Source: Mizuhopecten yessoensis (Eukaryota). From it: a stretch of 64,000 bases of DNA. The notes below the pieces were generated by a model. It was not told the DNA's origin, did not search any database, and worked only from the letters and a program-made list of their open reading frames with translations. Shown piece by piece: positions 1-12,797 of this stretch. The number at the start of each line of letters is the position of its first letter. The stretch's first letter is position 1. Made by a program: the position numbers and the translations under genes. Where the stretch lies: contig NW_018406690.1 of the NCBI RefSeq assembly GCF_002113885.1, forward strand, positions 84,520 to 148,519. The letters run 5' to 3'.

Positions 1-2092
1 AATCGTGTTGACACGCAGAATCTTAATGTGAACAGTTAGTCGTGGTGAAACATTGAACCCTCATGTGTACAGTGAGACCCGTTGACACACAGAACCATCA
101 CGTGTACAGTGAGTAGTGTTGACACACAGAACTATCACGAGTACAATGAGTCCCGGTGACACACAGAAACATCATGTGTACAGTGAGTCGTGTTGACACA
201 CAGAACCATCAAGTGTACAGTGAGTTGTGTTGACACACATAATCTTCATGTGTACAGTAAGTCGTGTTGCCACACAGAACCTTCATGTGAACAGTTAGTC
301 GTGTTGACACACAAAACCATCAAGTGTACAGTGAGTTGTGTTGACACACAGAACCATCATGTGTACAATGAGTCGTGTTGACACACAGAACCATCAAGTG
401 TATAGTGAGTTTTGTTGACACACAGAACCTTCATGTGAACAGTTAGCCGTGTTGACACACAAAACCATCAAGTGTACAGTGAGTCGTGTTGACACACAGA
501 ACCATCAAGTGTATAGTGAGTTTTGTTGACACACTAATGTGAACAGTTAGTCGTGTTGACACACAACACCATCAAGTGTACAGTGAGTTGTGTTGACACA
601 CATAATCTTCATGTGTACAGTAAGTCGTGTTGCCACACAGAACCTTCATGTGAACAGTAATCCTCATGTGTACAGTAAGTCGTGTTGACACACAGAACCT
701 TCATTGCTACAGTTAGTCGTGTTGATACACAGAACTATCACGTGTACAGTGAGTCGTGGGGACACACAAAACCATCAAGTGTACAGTGAGTTGTGTTGAC
801 ACACAGAATCTTCATGTGTACAGTAAGTCGTGTTGACACACAGAACCTTCATTGCTACAGTTAGTCGTGTTGATACACAGAACTATCACGTGTACAGTGA
901 GTCGTGTTGACGCACAGAACTATCACGTTTACAGTGAGTCGTGGGGACACACAGAACCATCAAGTGTACAGTGAGTCGTGTTGACACACAGAACCATCAC
1001 GTGTACAGTGAGTCGTGTTGACACACAGAACCATCACGTGTACAGTGAGTTGTGTTGACACACAGAATCTTCATGTGTACAGTAAGTCGTGTTGACACAC
1101 AGAATCTTAATGTGAACAGTTAGTCGTGTTGACACACAAAACAATCAAGTGTACAGTGAGTTGTGTTTACACACAGAACCTTCATGTGTACAATTAGTCG
1201 TGGTGAAACATTGAACCATCAAGTGTACAGTGAGTCGTGTTGACACACAGAACCATCACGTGTACAGTGAGTCGTGTTGACACACAGAACCTTCATTGCT
1301 ACAGTTAGTCGTGTTGACACACAGAACTATCACGTGTACAGTGAGTCGTGTTGACGCACAGAACTATCACGTTTACAGTGAGTCGTGGGGACACACAGAA
1401 CCATCAAGTGTACAGTGAGTTGTGTTGACACACAGAACCTTCATGTGTACAGTTAGTCGTGTTGACACACAGAACCATTACGTGTACAGTCAGTCGTGTT
1501 GACACACAGAACCATCAAGTGTACAGTGAGTCGTGTTGACACAAAGAACTATCACGAGTACGGTGAGCCTTGGTTTAACGCAGAAACATCACGTGTACAG
1601 TGAGTCGTGTTGACACACAGAACCATCACGTGTACAGTAAGTCGTGTTGACACACAGAACCTTCATGTGTACAGTTAGTCGTGTTGACACACAAAACCAT
1701 CAAGTGTAAAGTGAGTTGTGTTGACACACATAACCTTCATGTGTACAGTTAGTCGTGTTGACACACAGAACCATCAAGTGTACAGTGAGTCGTATTTACA
1801 CACAGAACTATCACGTGTACAGTAAATCGTGTTGACACACAGAACTATCACGTGTACAGTGAGTCGTTTTGACACACAGAATTATCACGTGTACAGTGAC
1901 ACACAGAACCATCAAGTGTGCAGTGAGTTGTGTTGACACACAGAGCCTTCATGTGTACAGTTAGTCGTGTTGACACACAGAACTATCACGTGTACATTGA
2001 GACGTGTTGTCACACAGAACTACCACGTGTACAGTGAGTCGTGGGGACACACAGAACCATCACATGTAGAGTGATACGACGAGACACAGAAC
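1..2092. repeat. 37-bp minisatellite, ~56 copies, runs off the left edge
   Basis: Unit GTGTACAGTGAGTCGTGTTGACACACAGAACCATCAC; successive starts at 964, 1001 and 1038. Confidence 0.97.
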
Positions 2093-4129
2093 CAGATCAG
2101 ACTGTATGTAGGTAACTACACCTGTTCAGCGAACATTTCCAATGCCTATTTTCTCTAGATAATGGAGGGTTTCATATTGGATGTTCTTTTGCATGATCAT
2201 CAACGGTTCCTGTATGGAGGGGTTCGTATATAATCAGTGATGGTATTGTTATCTTAGCCTCTTGTAAAACGCAATTGTTGCTTCAGATGACCTGATATAA
2301 CTGATCTCGTGCCGACTACTTGTTATCGGAAACCTGTTGGAGAATGATACATTTTGCCATCGTATGTCTTAGTCTGCCATTTATAGTTCAGCGTTGATAT
2401 GTTTTACGACATCGTAGTAAATAACTCTCACAATTACTTTATTTCTGAAAACATAGGTTTCCGGTACAGGCAGATTTTATTTGAACTGCAAAATGTTCAA
2501 TTACGAAATGTTATACCTAATATTGATTACGTTAGTGTGTTATCTGTTGATATAACATATATACTCATTTTGTTTTCTATTTTCCCCGCATTTTTTCCAC
2601 GCCAGTTAATAGATTTTTTTAAAGCCTTTGTCAAAACATTTACTAAAAATTCACATGAATTCACGTGTTAAGATGAGGTTTTTTTTATCATAAGTAGCTT
2701 ATGGTTACAAGCTAACGGAAGGGATTAGCGGTACTATCATCATACATGTATATCATAAGGTTTTTTTTGTTATGTATTTTTGTTGTAGTACTGTTTCAAA
2801 GTGACGTTATCTTTGTTATATGTGGTGATATGTAGGTTCATGTTCCTGTCCTTGTAAATTTAACAAATTCGTTTGGCTGCACCATCATTGTTACAGTACT
2901 TATTTGCTTATGGTACTTATTTTTCTATATACATTCACATATATATTGCAAAATTATATGGTTATATCTTCATAAGATAGTCTTTTAACAGAGACGAGTA
3001 TTACTAATGCGCGAACTCACATCACAAGCATCAGATGACCACAATCAAATATTATGTAATTGTTTATCGATTGACGTAACGTTCCCTACACGTTTACACC
3101 GACTAAACATCATTTTAACCATAACCTACACTTCAAACCCGCCGTTTTGTAATCATTTGAAATGAGGATAAGGCAGGCTACTTTGAACTATTTATGAAGG
3201 GAAACATGAACCTGTGTTATATCCGTATTCATCTGTTCTCTAAAGTAAAATAGAAATGATATGAGAAATGATATTAATTGACAAGAACATGGCGTGTTGG
3301 TTGTTGATATTTATTTGCGTCAGTGCGTCATTCGAGACGAGGGCGAGCTGTTGCCTTTGGTGTCCATGTCAGTCTGCGTGGGTTTGTTAAATAATAGTTC
3401 CTCTTCTGATTGCTGATAGATTGATTTTTTTGATTTTTTTTAACATAATTTGTGCACATAACATTCTACATACAGTGTCAGAAATAACTGGTGTGTGTGT
3501 GTGTTCACATCTCGCCTCCATCTCTTATTTCAACAGACACAAAAGCGCACACCAGGTGGCGCTGTATGAGGTTACACCACCCACATGTCTGATTATCGGA
3601 CGGATGTACTTTAGTGACATGCATTGCAAGTTACAGGGACATAACCTAATCACAACCCTCTCTCTCCATACATGAATGTACTGTATAGGTGACGTTATCT
3701 GTACTAAAGAGGAGGGTACCTGTACTATAGGCGAAGGTACATGTATCCTAGGGGAGGGGACACTCGCCAAAGTAAAAACAAAGAATTGTGTTTCCCTACC
3801 GCAAGGGCAATATCGTTTTTACTAAACTGTGGTTGTTTCACGTTTTCCTAGAGAAGCTCAGAGTAAGAAAAATATGACCAGGGAAACTCGAACGCGTGAG
3901 AAAGACACGATGTTTTATTTCCCCGTCATTTGTTGAGTACAATCCAATCAGACAAACTGTTATTAGTGAGGTATATAATAATGGCAATGGTATCTGCATC
4001 ATAGGTTTAGGTACGTGTGCCATAGGCAGGAGTACCTGTACTATAGGTGAATGTACAGTATTATAGGCAGGGGCATTTATAATATTGGTGAATGTACGGT
4101 AGTATAGGCAAAGGCACATATATACTATA

Positions 4130-4570
4130 TATACTAAAGGTGTAGGTAAATGTTCCATAGTCAAGGCTACCTGTATTGTAGGTGAATGTATACCAAAGGT
4201 GAAGGTAAATGTACCATAGTCAAAGCTACCTGTATTGTAGGTGAATGTATACTAAAGGTGTAGGTAAACGTACCATAGTCAAGGCTACCTGTATTGTAGG
4301 TGAATGTATACCAAAGGTGAACGTAAATGTACCATAGTCAAAGCTACCTGTATTGTAGGTAAATGTATACTAAAGGTGTAGGTAAATGTTCCATAGTAAA
4401 GGCTACCTGTATTGTAGGTGAATGTATATTAAAGGTGTAGGTAAATGTTCCATAGTCAAAGCTACCTGTATTGTAGGTGAATGTATACTAAAGGTGTAGG
4501 GAAATGTTCCATAGTCAAGGCTACCTGTATTGTAGGTGAATGTATACTAAATGTGAAGGTAAATGTTCCG
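4130..4570. repeat. 59-bp minisatellite, ~7.5 copies, with degenerate flanks from ~3680
   Basis: Unit TGTAGGTAAATGTTCCATAGTCAAGGCTACCTGTATTGTAGGTGAATGTATACTAAAGG; the register shifts 1 nt per 60-nt line. Confidence 0.93.
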
Positions 4571-5344
4571 TAGCCGAGTGCACTTGTACTTTTTGGTGAA
4601 GGTTATTTTTACTATAGGACAGGGTGAATGGACCATTGACAAGGACCGGTAACTTATTTAGGGGAGAATACGTGTACAAATCCAGCTCAGTACAGCTTGT
4701 CAATGCCCGCCATCCTGCAGTAGTGTCATTGGGGTAATCTACACAAACTAAGGGAGATTTTGACACTATCTAGACAATCACACCCCATGGCCATTTAAAG
4801 AAGGTCAGACTTCCTTAAATTTCGTTCCTGTCTCTCAGATAAATAAATCAGGGGAAATGTTATTTCAAATGTCTCACTCCGTAATGCCAGCTATTGCCAA
4901 CGGTAGCTTGTAGATATGAAACTGTTTGATAGTTTTATTTCCATGAGTTGCGAGATAATTCTTTTAACGGAAACCTAACCTCTAGCAAAATTCAATCTCA
5001 TTCCTAAAATGTCAAACAACCTACAAACACTGTATGCCTACAACCTGGACTTGAACGGCTTCACCATTACCTATTTCGTTTGTTTTCAGTATCTGTACGA
5101 TCAGACTAAAACAGTATATTTGTCAGATAATTTTAGTATTTATTCAAAAGTATAATGAATAACTTGCAGCATCTTTATGAGAGATGACAATTGACAATTA
5201 AAAAACTGAAACAGCAAACATTATTCTGAAAGAAAAAATACAACAACCAAATCAGTTGAAAACAACTAACTACATATATCAACAAAGGGAAATCAAAATT
5301 ACAAATTTCTTGACAAAATTTTCATCAATACCCAGTCCGGTTTA

Positions 5345-5868
5345 CATAGGATGACACCGGCTTACGACTTTTGGAAAGATTTTTATGTTCCATAACATCG
5401 ATTAATGTATTATGGTAGGTCGTCTTACCATGACATCGGCTAATGACTTTTGAAAGGTTCTTTTGTTCCTTGACATCGGTTAATGTATATAGGTAGGTTT
5501 ATCTTTTACCATAACATCGGCTTATCTATAAAAGTAGGTTTATCTTGTTCCATGACATCGGTTAATGTATAAAAGTAGGTTTTCTCATATCTTGACATCG
5601 GCTAATGTATAAAAGTAGGTTTATCTTGTACCATGACATCGGCTAATGTATAAAAGTAGGTTTATCTTTTACCATGACATCGGCTAATGTATAAAAGTAG
5701 GTTTATCTTGTACCATGACATCGGCTAATCTATAAAAGTAGGTTTATCTTGTACCATGACATCGGCTAATGTATTTAGGTGGGTTTTCTTGTACCATTTC
5801 ATCGGTTCATGTATATAGGTAGGTTTTCTTGTACCATGACACCGGTTCATGTATATTGGTAGGTTTTT
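5345..5868. repeat. 41-bp minisatellite, left part
   Basis: Unit CATGACATCGGCTAATGTATAAAAGTAGGTTTATCTTGTAC; GACATCGG at 5594, 5635 and 5676. Confidence 0.93.
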
Positions 5869-5869
5869 T

Positions 5870-7318
5870 AGGCTAATTAGGGGATAGTACGTTGTTTTGA
5901 GTGGCTATACTGGCGATTAGAACATGAAATTTAAGTTTGAACTCGAGACCGCTAGGTCGAGAGTTTAAACCAAATTTCATGTTCTAATCGCCAGTATAGA
6001 CACGAAAAACAACGTACTATCCCCATTCTAACACACTTGAACAAATATACTACGCTAATATGTTTAGAAACATTGTATTTCCTTGTACAAAAGTACACAG
6101 TAAAATAATTTGTGACCCGAACTGGCGACGTGTCATACTGCAGCGGACCGACCAATCGGAAAGACGCTTTCAAAAGTCGGTCATTTGGCCCCGCCCATAC
6201 TGGCGAGCGCTCGATCTGTATGTTGACGAGGCGGAATATTTGGATTGTTCGTGAACGTCCTGTTACCAAAGTTTATACGACACATTTGGATTAATATTGA
6301 CCAAGTTCTTACATTTCCATGTCAGTATGCATACCAATCTGTGCTTATCGACAAAATCGGTGATTATTTGTATAGATTTGTGAAGAGTTTTGTGTAAATG
6401 CATACGACACATGTGAAATGTTTCATTTGATTTCGGATCTAAGTAGATGTCTTCACACGGATGGAACGAACGTTTCAGTAATAAATGGAGGTAAGAACAA
6501 GGAATGTGTACTTTTTACTTTTTAATTCATTCAACAAATACATTTCATCGGTCGTTTCTGTTCTGTTGCCTACTAGTCTTATCAGCGGGATTTCGCTAAG
6601 AGGCGAGCTTGACGCCATATTGTTTTAGTTTGAAACGGGGCGTGGCTTAAGTGCGATGGGAGGAGCTTAACACGATTGATCATGATTCTATCGCAGATTA
6701 GAACATGGTCCGTATCCAATCAAAACACGCGTTGCAAACGAATCGNATTTCCCCAGATTTGGGACTTCTGAAAACCATGGTTACCACATCAAAAAACACC
6801 AAAATATGCAAAAAATCATGATTTTTAACCCAGAATTTGACCCCCGCAAGTAGAATTGTTTTTCTTAAAACCTGTCTGAAATTAAATATCGCCTACTCGG
6901 TAACAGAAATACTCACGTTTTAGCATAGGTCATTCCGGTGGATTTTTCACAATATTTACACATGTGCTGAGTACAAAAATAGACTACATGAAAAGCTAGC
7001 TTTTGTTGTGTAGACACAGATTCGTAAATGCCCAAAATTGTAGTCTCAAACCAAATTCGACTTTTTTTTTTTTTTTAAATTATGAAGCCCACATAGTCCA
7101 CTTCATCATGTATATGCCAATTTTAGTGCTGATTTTTTTTTTTTTTAATTTTGATACATGTTATATTACAGGGGTTATTCATTGTATAAAAATATCACCC
7201 ATGGCCACCGTACGCTACTGTACTCTGCTACCTTGATCATGATTCTATCGCAGATAAGAACATGGTCCGTATCCAATCAAAACACGCGTTGCAAACGAAT
7301 CGTGTTAGAATGCATGTT
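5870..7318. mobile_element. Hairpin-headed non-autonomous element (Crypton-like) inserted in the 41-bp array
   Basis: Long imperfect palindrome 5880-6024 centred on CGAG-ACC-GCTA-GGT-CGAG. CATTCTAACAC (6024-6034) is inverted at 7302-7312. The satellite resumes at ~7319. Confidence 0.7.
6747..7232. mobile_element. Right end of a probable non-autonomous DNA transposon next to an N
   Basis: Begins after the N at 6746 and ends CTGTACTCTGCTACC|TTGA, followed by a second copy of 6676-6745. The family (Kolobok-like) is a guess. Confidence 0.4.
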
Positions 7319-7715
7319 AGTAGATTTTCTTGTACCATGACATCGGCTAAAGTATATAGGTAGGTTTTCTTGTACCATGACATCTGCTTATGTATATTAG
7401 TATGTTTTCTTGTACCATGATATCGGTTAACATATTTAGAAAGATCGTCTTGTACCATGACATCGGATAATGTTTTAACGTTGGTTTTCTTGTACCTTGA
7501 CATCGGCTAATGTATTTGTGTGATTCTCTTCTGCCATGACATCGGTTAATGTATTTAGGTAAGTCTTTTTGTACTTCGCAAAAGGTAGGTTTTCTTTTAC
7601 CAAGACATCGGCTAATGCATTTGGGTTGGTTTTCTTGATTAGGTAGGTCCTATTGTACATTGACGTCGGCTAATGTATTTGGGAAAGTCTTCTTTTACCA
7701 TGTCATCGATTTCAT
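7319..7715. repeat. 41-bp minisatellite, right part
   Basis: Same CTTGTACCATGACATCGG unit as 5345-5868. Confidence 0.9.
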
Positions 7716-8131
7716 GTTTTGTTACAATGAAGTGAATAGGCTATGTTGCTACTGAGTGAAGGAGATGTTACATGAGTCAGTGTTATACATCAGTGTAAAC
7801 GAGCTTTATTGAAACAACATCCATAGTCGATACTGATGCAAATATGATAATTAAATCAATCAACTTGGTTCGATTTTTAGATGAATTAGTTTAACGGTAT
7901 CTAAAATTCCAATTTGAAAACGACTTTCTATCATAAGATTTTTGAAAATAATATTTGCATTAAGGGCGAAATGTAAACAATAGGTATACATAGCAGTTAA
8001 TATTTGAAGTAGTAGTATGCGCCAAATGGGCCACTTCCAGGGAGATATTTGAGTGTTGTTTGGATTTCAAATACATTTAGCATCAATTAGCTTTACCTAG
8101 CTACAACAACTGAAAGTGTGCTGTGTATTTA

Positions 8132-8461
8132 GGAGGCACGGTAATCTAGTGATAGGACGCTGGGCTCGTGACCGAAGGGTTGCGGGTTCGAGTCACGACA
8201 CGGCACTGTGTTGTACTTTTGAGCAAGATACTTTACTCCGCTTGTTCCCTTCTACTCAGCTGTAAATGAGTACGTGGTTGGGCAGTGCTAGAATTGTAGA
8301 ATAATAGATGTGAGCGCCGAAATGGCAACACCGGCTGTATGCTCCCTAGGGAGTTGGGAAAGGTATTGGCTGGTTGCAAAGGCCAAAGGATAATAATTTG
8401 TGAACCGCTTTGAAACGATCTACGAACGAGGTTGTGTTAAATCGGTATACTTATTATTATT
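8132..8461 (+). mobile_element. tRNA-derived SINE, CORE-type
   Basis: tRNA-like head with B box GGTTCGAGTC, CORE-like body (TTGAGCAAGATACTTTAC...CAGCTGTAAATGAGTAC) and (TTA)n tail. Confidence 0.8.
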
Positions 8462-8782
8462 TTCTTTTTAATTTGCTATAAACGTTGTACAAAGTGTTTT
8501 ATAATGAACATTTTGAAAATCTCATGACCCCTGTTGACTCGCTTTTGTCTCCGATTGACTGGTTAAACATATGAGATAACGCTGTCGTGAATTGAAGACT
8601 AATTCAATATTCCCTGTATGAAGTAAATTAACCCTGCCTGTATACAGTGTGCTGAGTGGCTAAACTCGTTTTTATAAATAATCTTGTTTTTAATTTCTAA
8701 TTTCTTAAGTATCCCAATCCCACTGCACTCTGGTTTCTCTATATATAGTAACAGTAACCCCATTTACCTCCGTTTGTAGAAC

Positions 8783-8907
8783 TGTAAAACAGTTTGGCCG
8801 TACACTTCCGTTGATAGCTCAAGCGGGTATAGTGATAGTTTAGAAGTCTGAAGTTCGGGGTTCGAATCTAGGCCTAGCTCCGCTGTGTCTTTTTAACACC
8901 CAGAACA
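8783..8907 (+). repeat. Short tRNA-like dispersed repeat
   Basis: A-box-like TAGCTCAAGCGG and B box GGTTCGAATC; ends CAGAACA; similar to 19915-20041. Confidence 0.6.
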
Positions 8908-9699
8908 CTGTTGTTAATTATAAATTTGTATAGTTCATCTTTATATTATATATAGTTTCCAATACTTAGTGACAGTTTTGGGCAGTGGTACGTGGATCCT
9001 CCAAGCAAAGTATCAGGACAAGCACGTTTGCGGTCTCGCTCTAGACTGAAATCAAAGTGTTCGTATTAGCGAAGTTCTGCTCTAGACTAAAATCGACGTT
9101 TCAAGATTATCAAGTTGCGTTTTAGGTTTTTTAGGATTTTTTGAGGATTCCATGCAAAAATGCAACATTAATATTTTTTAGAAAAGTTGGTTTGAACAAA
9201 CAAGGACGATGATACACCATGGGATTCATAGCGACTAAGAGACACCTAAATCCTGCCTCCGTGTTAAAATGACATCAATTCACGTGTCGTCTGTCGCAGC
9301 TTCCACGACAGAGACTCGAGTTGATGGCGAACGTAGCTATCGAACGAAATGAAAAGCGTGTAGCATGGGGTATAATTATGTGAACAATTGAAAACGCGCT
9401 GTAATGGACAGGCCACACTTTGTGGTTTTCTTTGCTGTGCCAATCTAGCCGCCGAGGTGACAAACATTCCAAGTCATTTATTTAATTGGATCTGTGTTTC
9501 TGGTTTGATTACATCTGGCTATGTGTTTGAGGTATGCGGTAAGTGTGTGCAGGCCACGCTCCCTGTCTATACAGAAATATAAATCACTTCTCTGCTGTGA
9601 ACCGACCTTGTTTACGTCAGTATATAACGATGTCTAGCTATTTGAACAATATCTGCTAGAGGTGAAAGTTGCTCACATTTTGAGCTTGTCATTTCAGGA

Positions 9700-10755
9700 T
9701 TTTACTCTGTGACAAATATCTATTGTCGTTTACTGCTGATCATTCTCGTCCCTGTTTCCTCTGGCAATTACGTCACCATTCTCTCTTGTTGTTTCGTCAC
9801 AAATTCCTTTTGCTGTTTTGTCACTATTTCCTACTGTGTCATCGCAATTTCCTATTGTTGCTTTGTCACCATTTCCCCTTTATTTGTTTCGCAACATAAT
9901 CCAATTGTTGTTTTCTTACTACATCCTTTTGTTGTTTCGTCACAATTTTCTCTTTTTGATCCGTCAGAAATTCTTGTTGTTATGTCACCATTACCTCTTG
10001 TTTCGTCACATTTTCTATTGTTGTTTTGTCACCATTTCCTCTTGTTTTGTCACTAATTCCTATCGCTGTTTTGTCACCATTTCCTCTTGTTTCGTCACAT
10101 TTTCTATCGCTGTTTTGTCACCATTTCCTCTTGTTTCGTCACATTTTCAATCGCTGTTTTGTCACCATTTCCTCTTGTTTCGTCACATTTTCTATCGCTG
10201 TTTTGTCACCATTTCCTCTTGTTTCGTCACTAACTCCTATCGCTGTTTTGCCATCTTTTCCTCTTGTTTCGTCACTAATTCCTATCGCTGTTTTGTCATC
10301 ATTTCCTCTTGTTTCGTCACTAATTCCTATCGCTGTTTTGTCACCATTTCCTCTTGTTTCGTCACATTTTCTATTGTTGTTTTGTCACCATTTCCTCTTG
10401 CAATGTCGTCACTAATTCCTATCGCTGTTTTGTTACCATTTCCTTGCATAGTTTCGTCAAAAATTCCATTTTGTTTTGTCACCATTTCGACGTGTGTCGT
10501 CATACATTTATTGCTGTTTTGCCATCTTTTCCTCTTGTTTCATCACAGTATTTTCTTCCTGGTTTTACGTCACTGTGTTCTCTTGTTATTTTCGTCAATA
10601 TGTACGTTTCGTCACCATTCCCTCGTGTAACTGCCAATACTTGCTTTGTCGTAATTATTCCTTTTGTTGTTTCGTGATTGTTCATTCTTGCTGTTCCTCG
10701 CCATTTCTTGTCGTTGGTTTCGTTTCGGAATTGTTTCCTCTTTTTGTTTCGCCTG
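9700..10755. repeat. 22/44-bp pyrimidine-rich minisatellite with degenerate edges
   Basis: TTTTGTCACCATTTCCTCTTGTTTCGTCACATTTTCTATCGCTG, period 44 (10081 to 10125). It explains the overlapping ORFs at 9709-10895. Confidence 0.92.
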
Positions 10756-10875
10756 TAGTTCTAGTTCGCCTGAAGCAAAGTCTCAGTTCATCTATTGCAA
10801 ATGGCTTGTGTCCGTCGTTGTCCGTCTTGCATCGGCCGTCGTGCGTCCGTAAGAAAATAACATGCATAAGCACTA

Positions 10876-11547
10876 ACGTAATTGTACCCAAATAGGGACA
10901 CTTTTTAGATAAATATCAATGTTCTTTACCATGATATCATTTTTAAAAGTCTATTTTATCAAAACTTATGCCAGTTTGAAGAATTTTACTATCAGCTCTC
11001 AAAATGTTTGTTCATTTTTCATAATTAGATACTATCCACTTTTCATTTCTATCACAATTTGATATTTCGGGCGCGTTGTTCTATAAAAAGAACGCGAAAT
11101 ACCATCAGAGTTACGTAGGCCCTTGAACCGGCGTTACTGTACCCTGGAAGGGACACTTCCGGTATTTTGGCAAATACTTGGAGATAAATTATTAATATCG
11201 GCAGAAAATATGCATAGTTGAAATATTTTAAAGTCAACGAGGATTCTGATTAAATTTCCTCTTCAAACTAGCATGAGTTTTGATAAAATAGACTTTTCAA
11301 AATGATCTCCAAATAAATAGCGTCGCACGTGCCGGCACATAAAGCAGGAAAGTCTTGTTCTGGTAATTATTCTTACCTTTAAAATTGTCCATTTAATGAT
11401 AATCAGCAGCCAATAAAATTAAATACATTTTAATTGTCATGAAAAGTATTATCAAATTAAAAACATATTCATAAAAGTACGTCTTTGTATTGAATGACAG
11501 TTTCTTGGGCCGTTATGGGTACTGTCCCGATTTGGGTACAGTGACGG
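10876..11547. mobile_element. MITE (Tc1/mariner-pogo type) nested in the HINE
   Basis: TIRs ACGTAATTGTACCCAAATAGGGACA / TGTCCCGATTTGGGTACAGTGACGG, flanked by TA. A second internal inverted pair lies at ~10932-10980 and ~11261-11308. Confidence 0.75.
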
Positions 11548-12139
11548 TAAACATATTTCAAAAACAAATGTAGGAAAGTTCCATGGTCATAGACAAACCA
11601 AAACTGTGAATTATATGGATTTAACTACCCAGGGGTCTGAGTGACGGGCCAAAATGTGCTTGTTAAAAAAGCCTAGTTTACTATAGGTGATAACAGAGAG
11701 TTTACAATTTTGGGTATATTTTGCTTCTTTTCTGTGTGATATAATTCAAACTTGGTTGGAATTGTCAATATGTGATTGCAGTTTGATGGTACGAAAATAA
11801 AGACCCTGACTCACCCTCAGGGGCGGCGGGGTGGGGGCAAAGGGGTTCAAATTGGCTTAAATTTCAACAATGTTCTTCCTTAGACCGAGACATGCTAGAA
11901 TCGAATCCTCTTCTTGGAAAGGTCCTATAGTGCTTAATCAAAGTATGAATTTAACAAGCTCCGGTCCATCCATTCCTTTCCGGGGAGGGGGTAAATTTTA
12001 CTTTTTATTTCATTCCTTCATATCAGAGATCGAGAAAAGAATACACCTGCTGTTACCCACTGCAAGAGTATCGTAAGAGGTGACTAATGCGGAAATCGCT
12101 ACAGAATTTGGGATTTGCTTTTGTGTCCTCTTCTTTGGG

Positions 12140-12236
12140 CACACATACACACACGCAAGCACACATACACACACGCAAGCAAACATACACACACGCAAGC
12201 ACACATACACACACGCAAGCACACATACACACACAT
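12140..12236. repeat. 20-bp CA-rich repeat
   Basis: ACACATACACACACGCAAGC, ~5 copies. Confidence 0.9.
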
Positions 12237-12797
12237 GGAGACGCGTCCTCAAATGACGTTTGTTGCTGACAGGGCGTTAAACAAATTCAAACCAAACCGA
12301 ATGTAATGTTAGTTAATTTTCCCTTTGATAACATCACAACAATACCATCTCAAGTGTCCGTTAATGCCCGTCGACCTCTTGTTCTCGCTGTTTCGTTTCG
12401 TGGACATATGAATACGTGGATGAAGAGTGTCCACGGTATCAACGGAAACAAAAAAAACTCATGAAAATTATGGCTATCACAGTAATTACTGTTCATCAGG
12501 TATCAGCCACCATGAAGAATACTGCAATCATCAATGTACCAATCGTTAGAACTGGCATACATTTAATGACTTAAACCAGACTACATTCATACAAGGTAGA
12601 AAAGTATTTCAACTTTTAAGAACGGTACCATTCCCTCGCCTCACTGATTATATTTTTCTCTTCTGCTGTTTCATTTACAATTTCATGTTCGTAGCAAAAC
12701 CCTTTCTCTCTACCATACCCTATTTAATAATTCATTTGAAAACATGTCAATATCGCATATTTTTGGTTAACACTTTATCTTAATTCATTTCAGAAAT

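Larger units (their letters stand above)
10759..12383 (+). mobile_element. Helentron-associated non-autonomous element (HINE), degenerate
   Basis: 5' TTCTAGTTCGCCTG followed by a GTCC/GTCG microsatellite; 3' end ...GCCCGTCGACCTCTTGTT. The interior is similar to 53785-54581 (GCAGTTTGATGGTAyGAAAAT). Confidence 0.7.

Noticed and set aside
1-2092. CRISPR-like array with a 37-bp period
   Set aside because: Units are head-to-tail with no unique spacers, there are no cas genes, and the context is eukaryotic.
9550-9670. CRE/TATA promoter (TTACGTCAGTATATAA) for the KCNE-like gene
   Set aside because: Such short motifs occur by chance in AT-rich DNA, and there is no convincing donor site.
9709-10895. 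Hydrophobic/Cys-rich ORFs of up to 270 aa
   Set aside because: All three frames are open because of the stop-poor 44-bp repeat.
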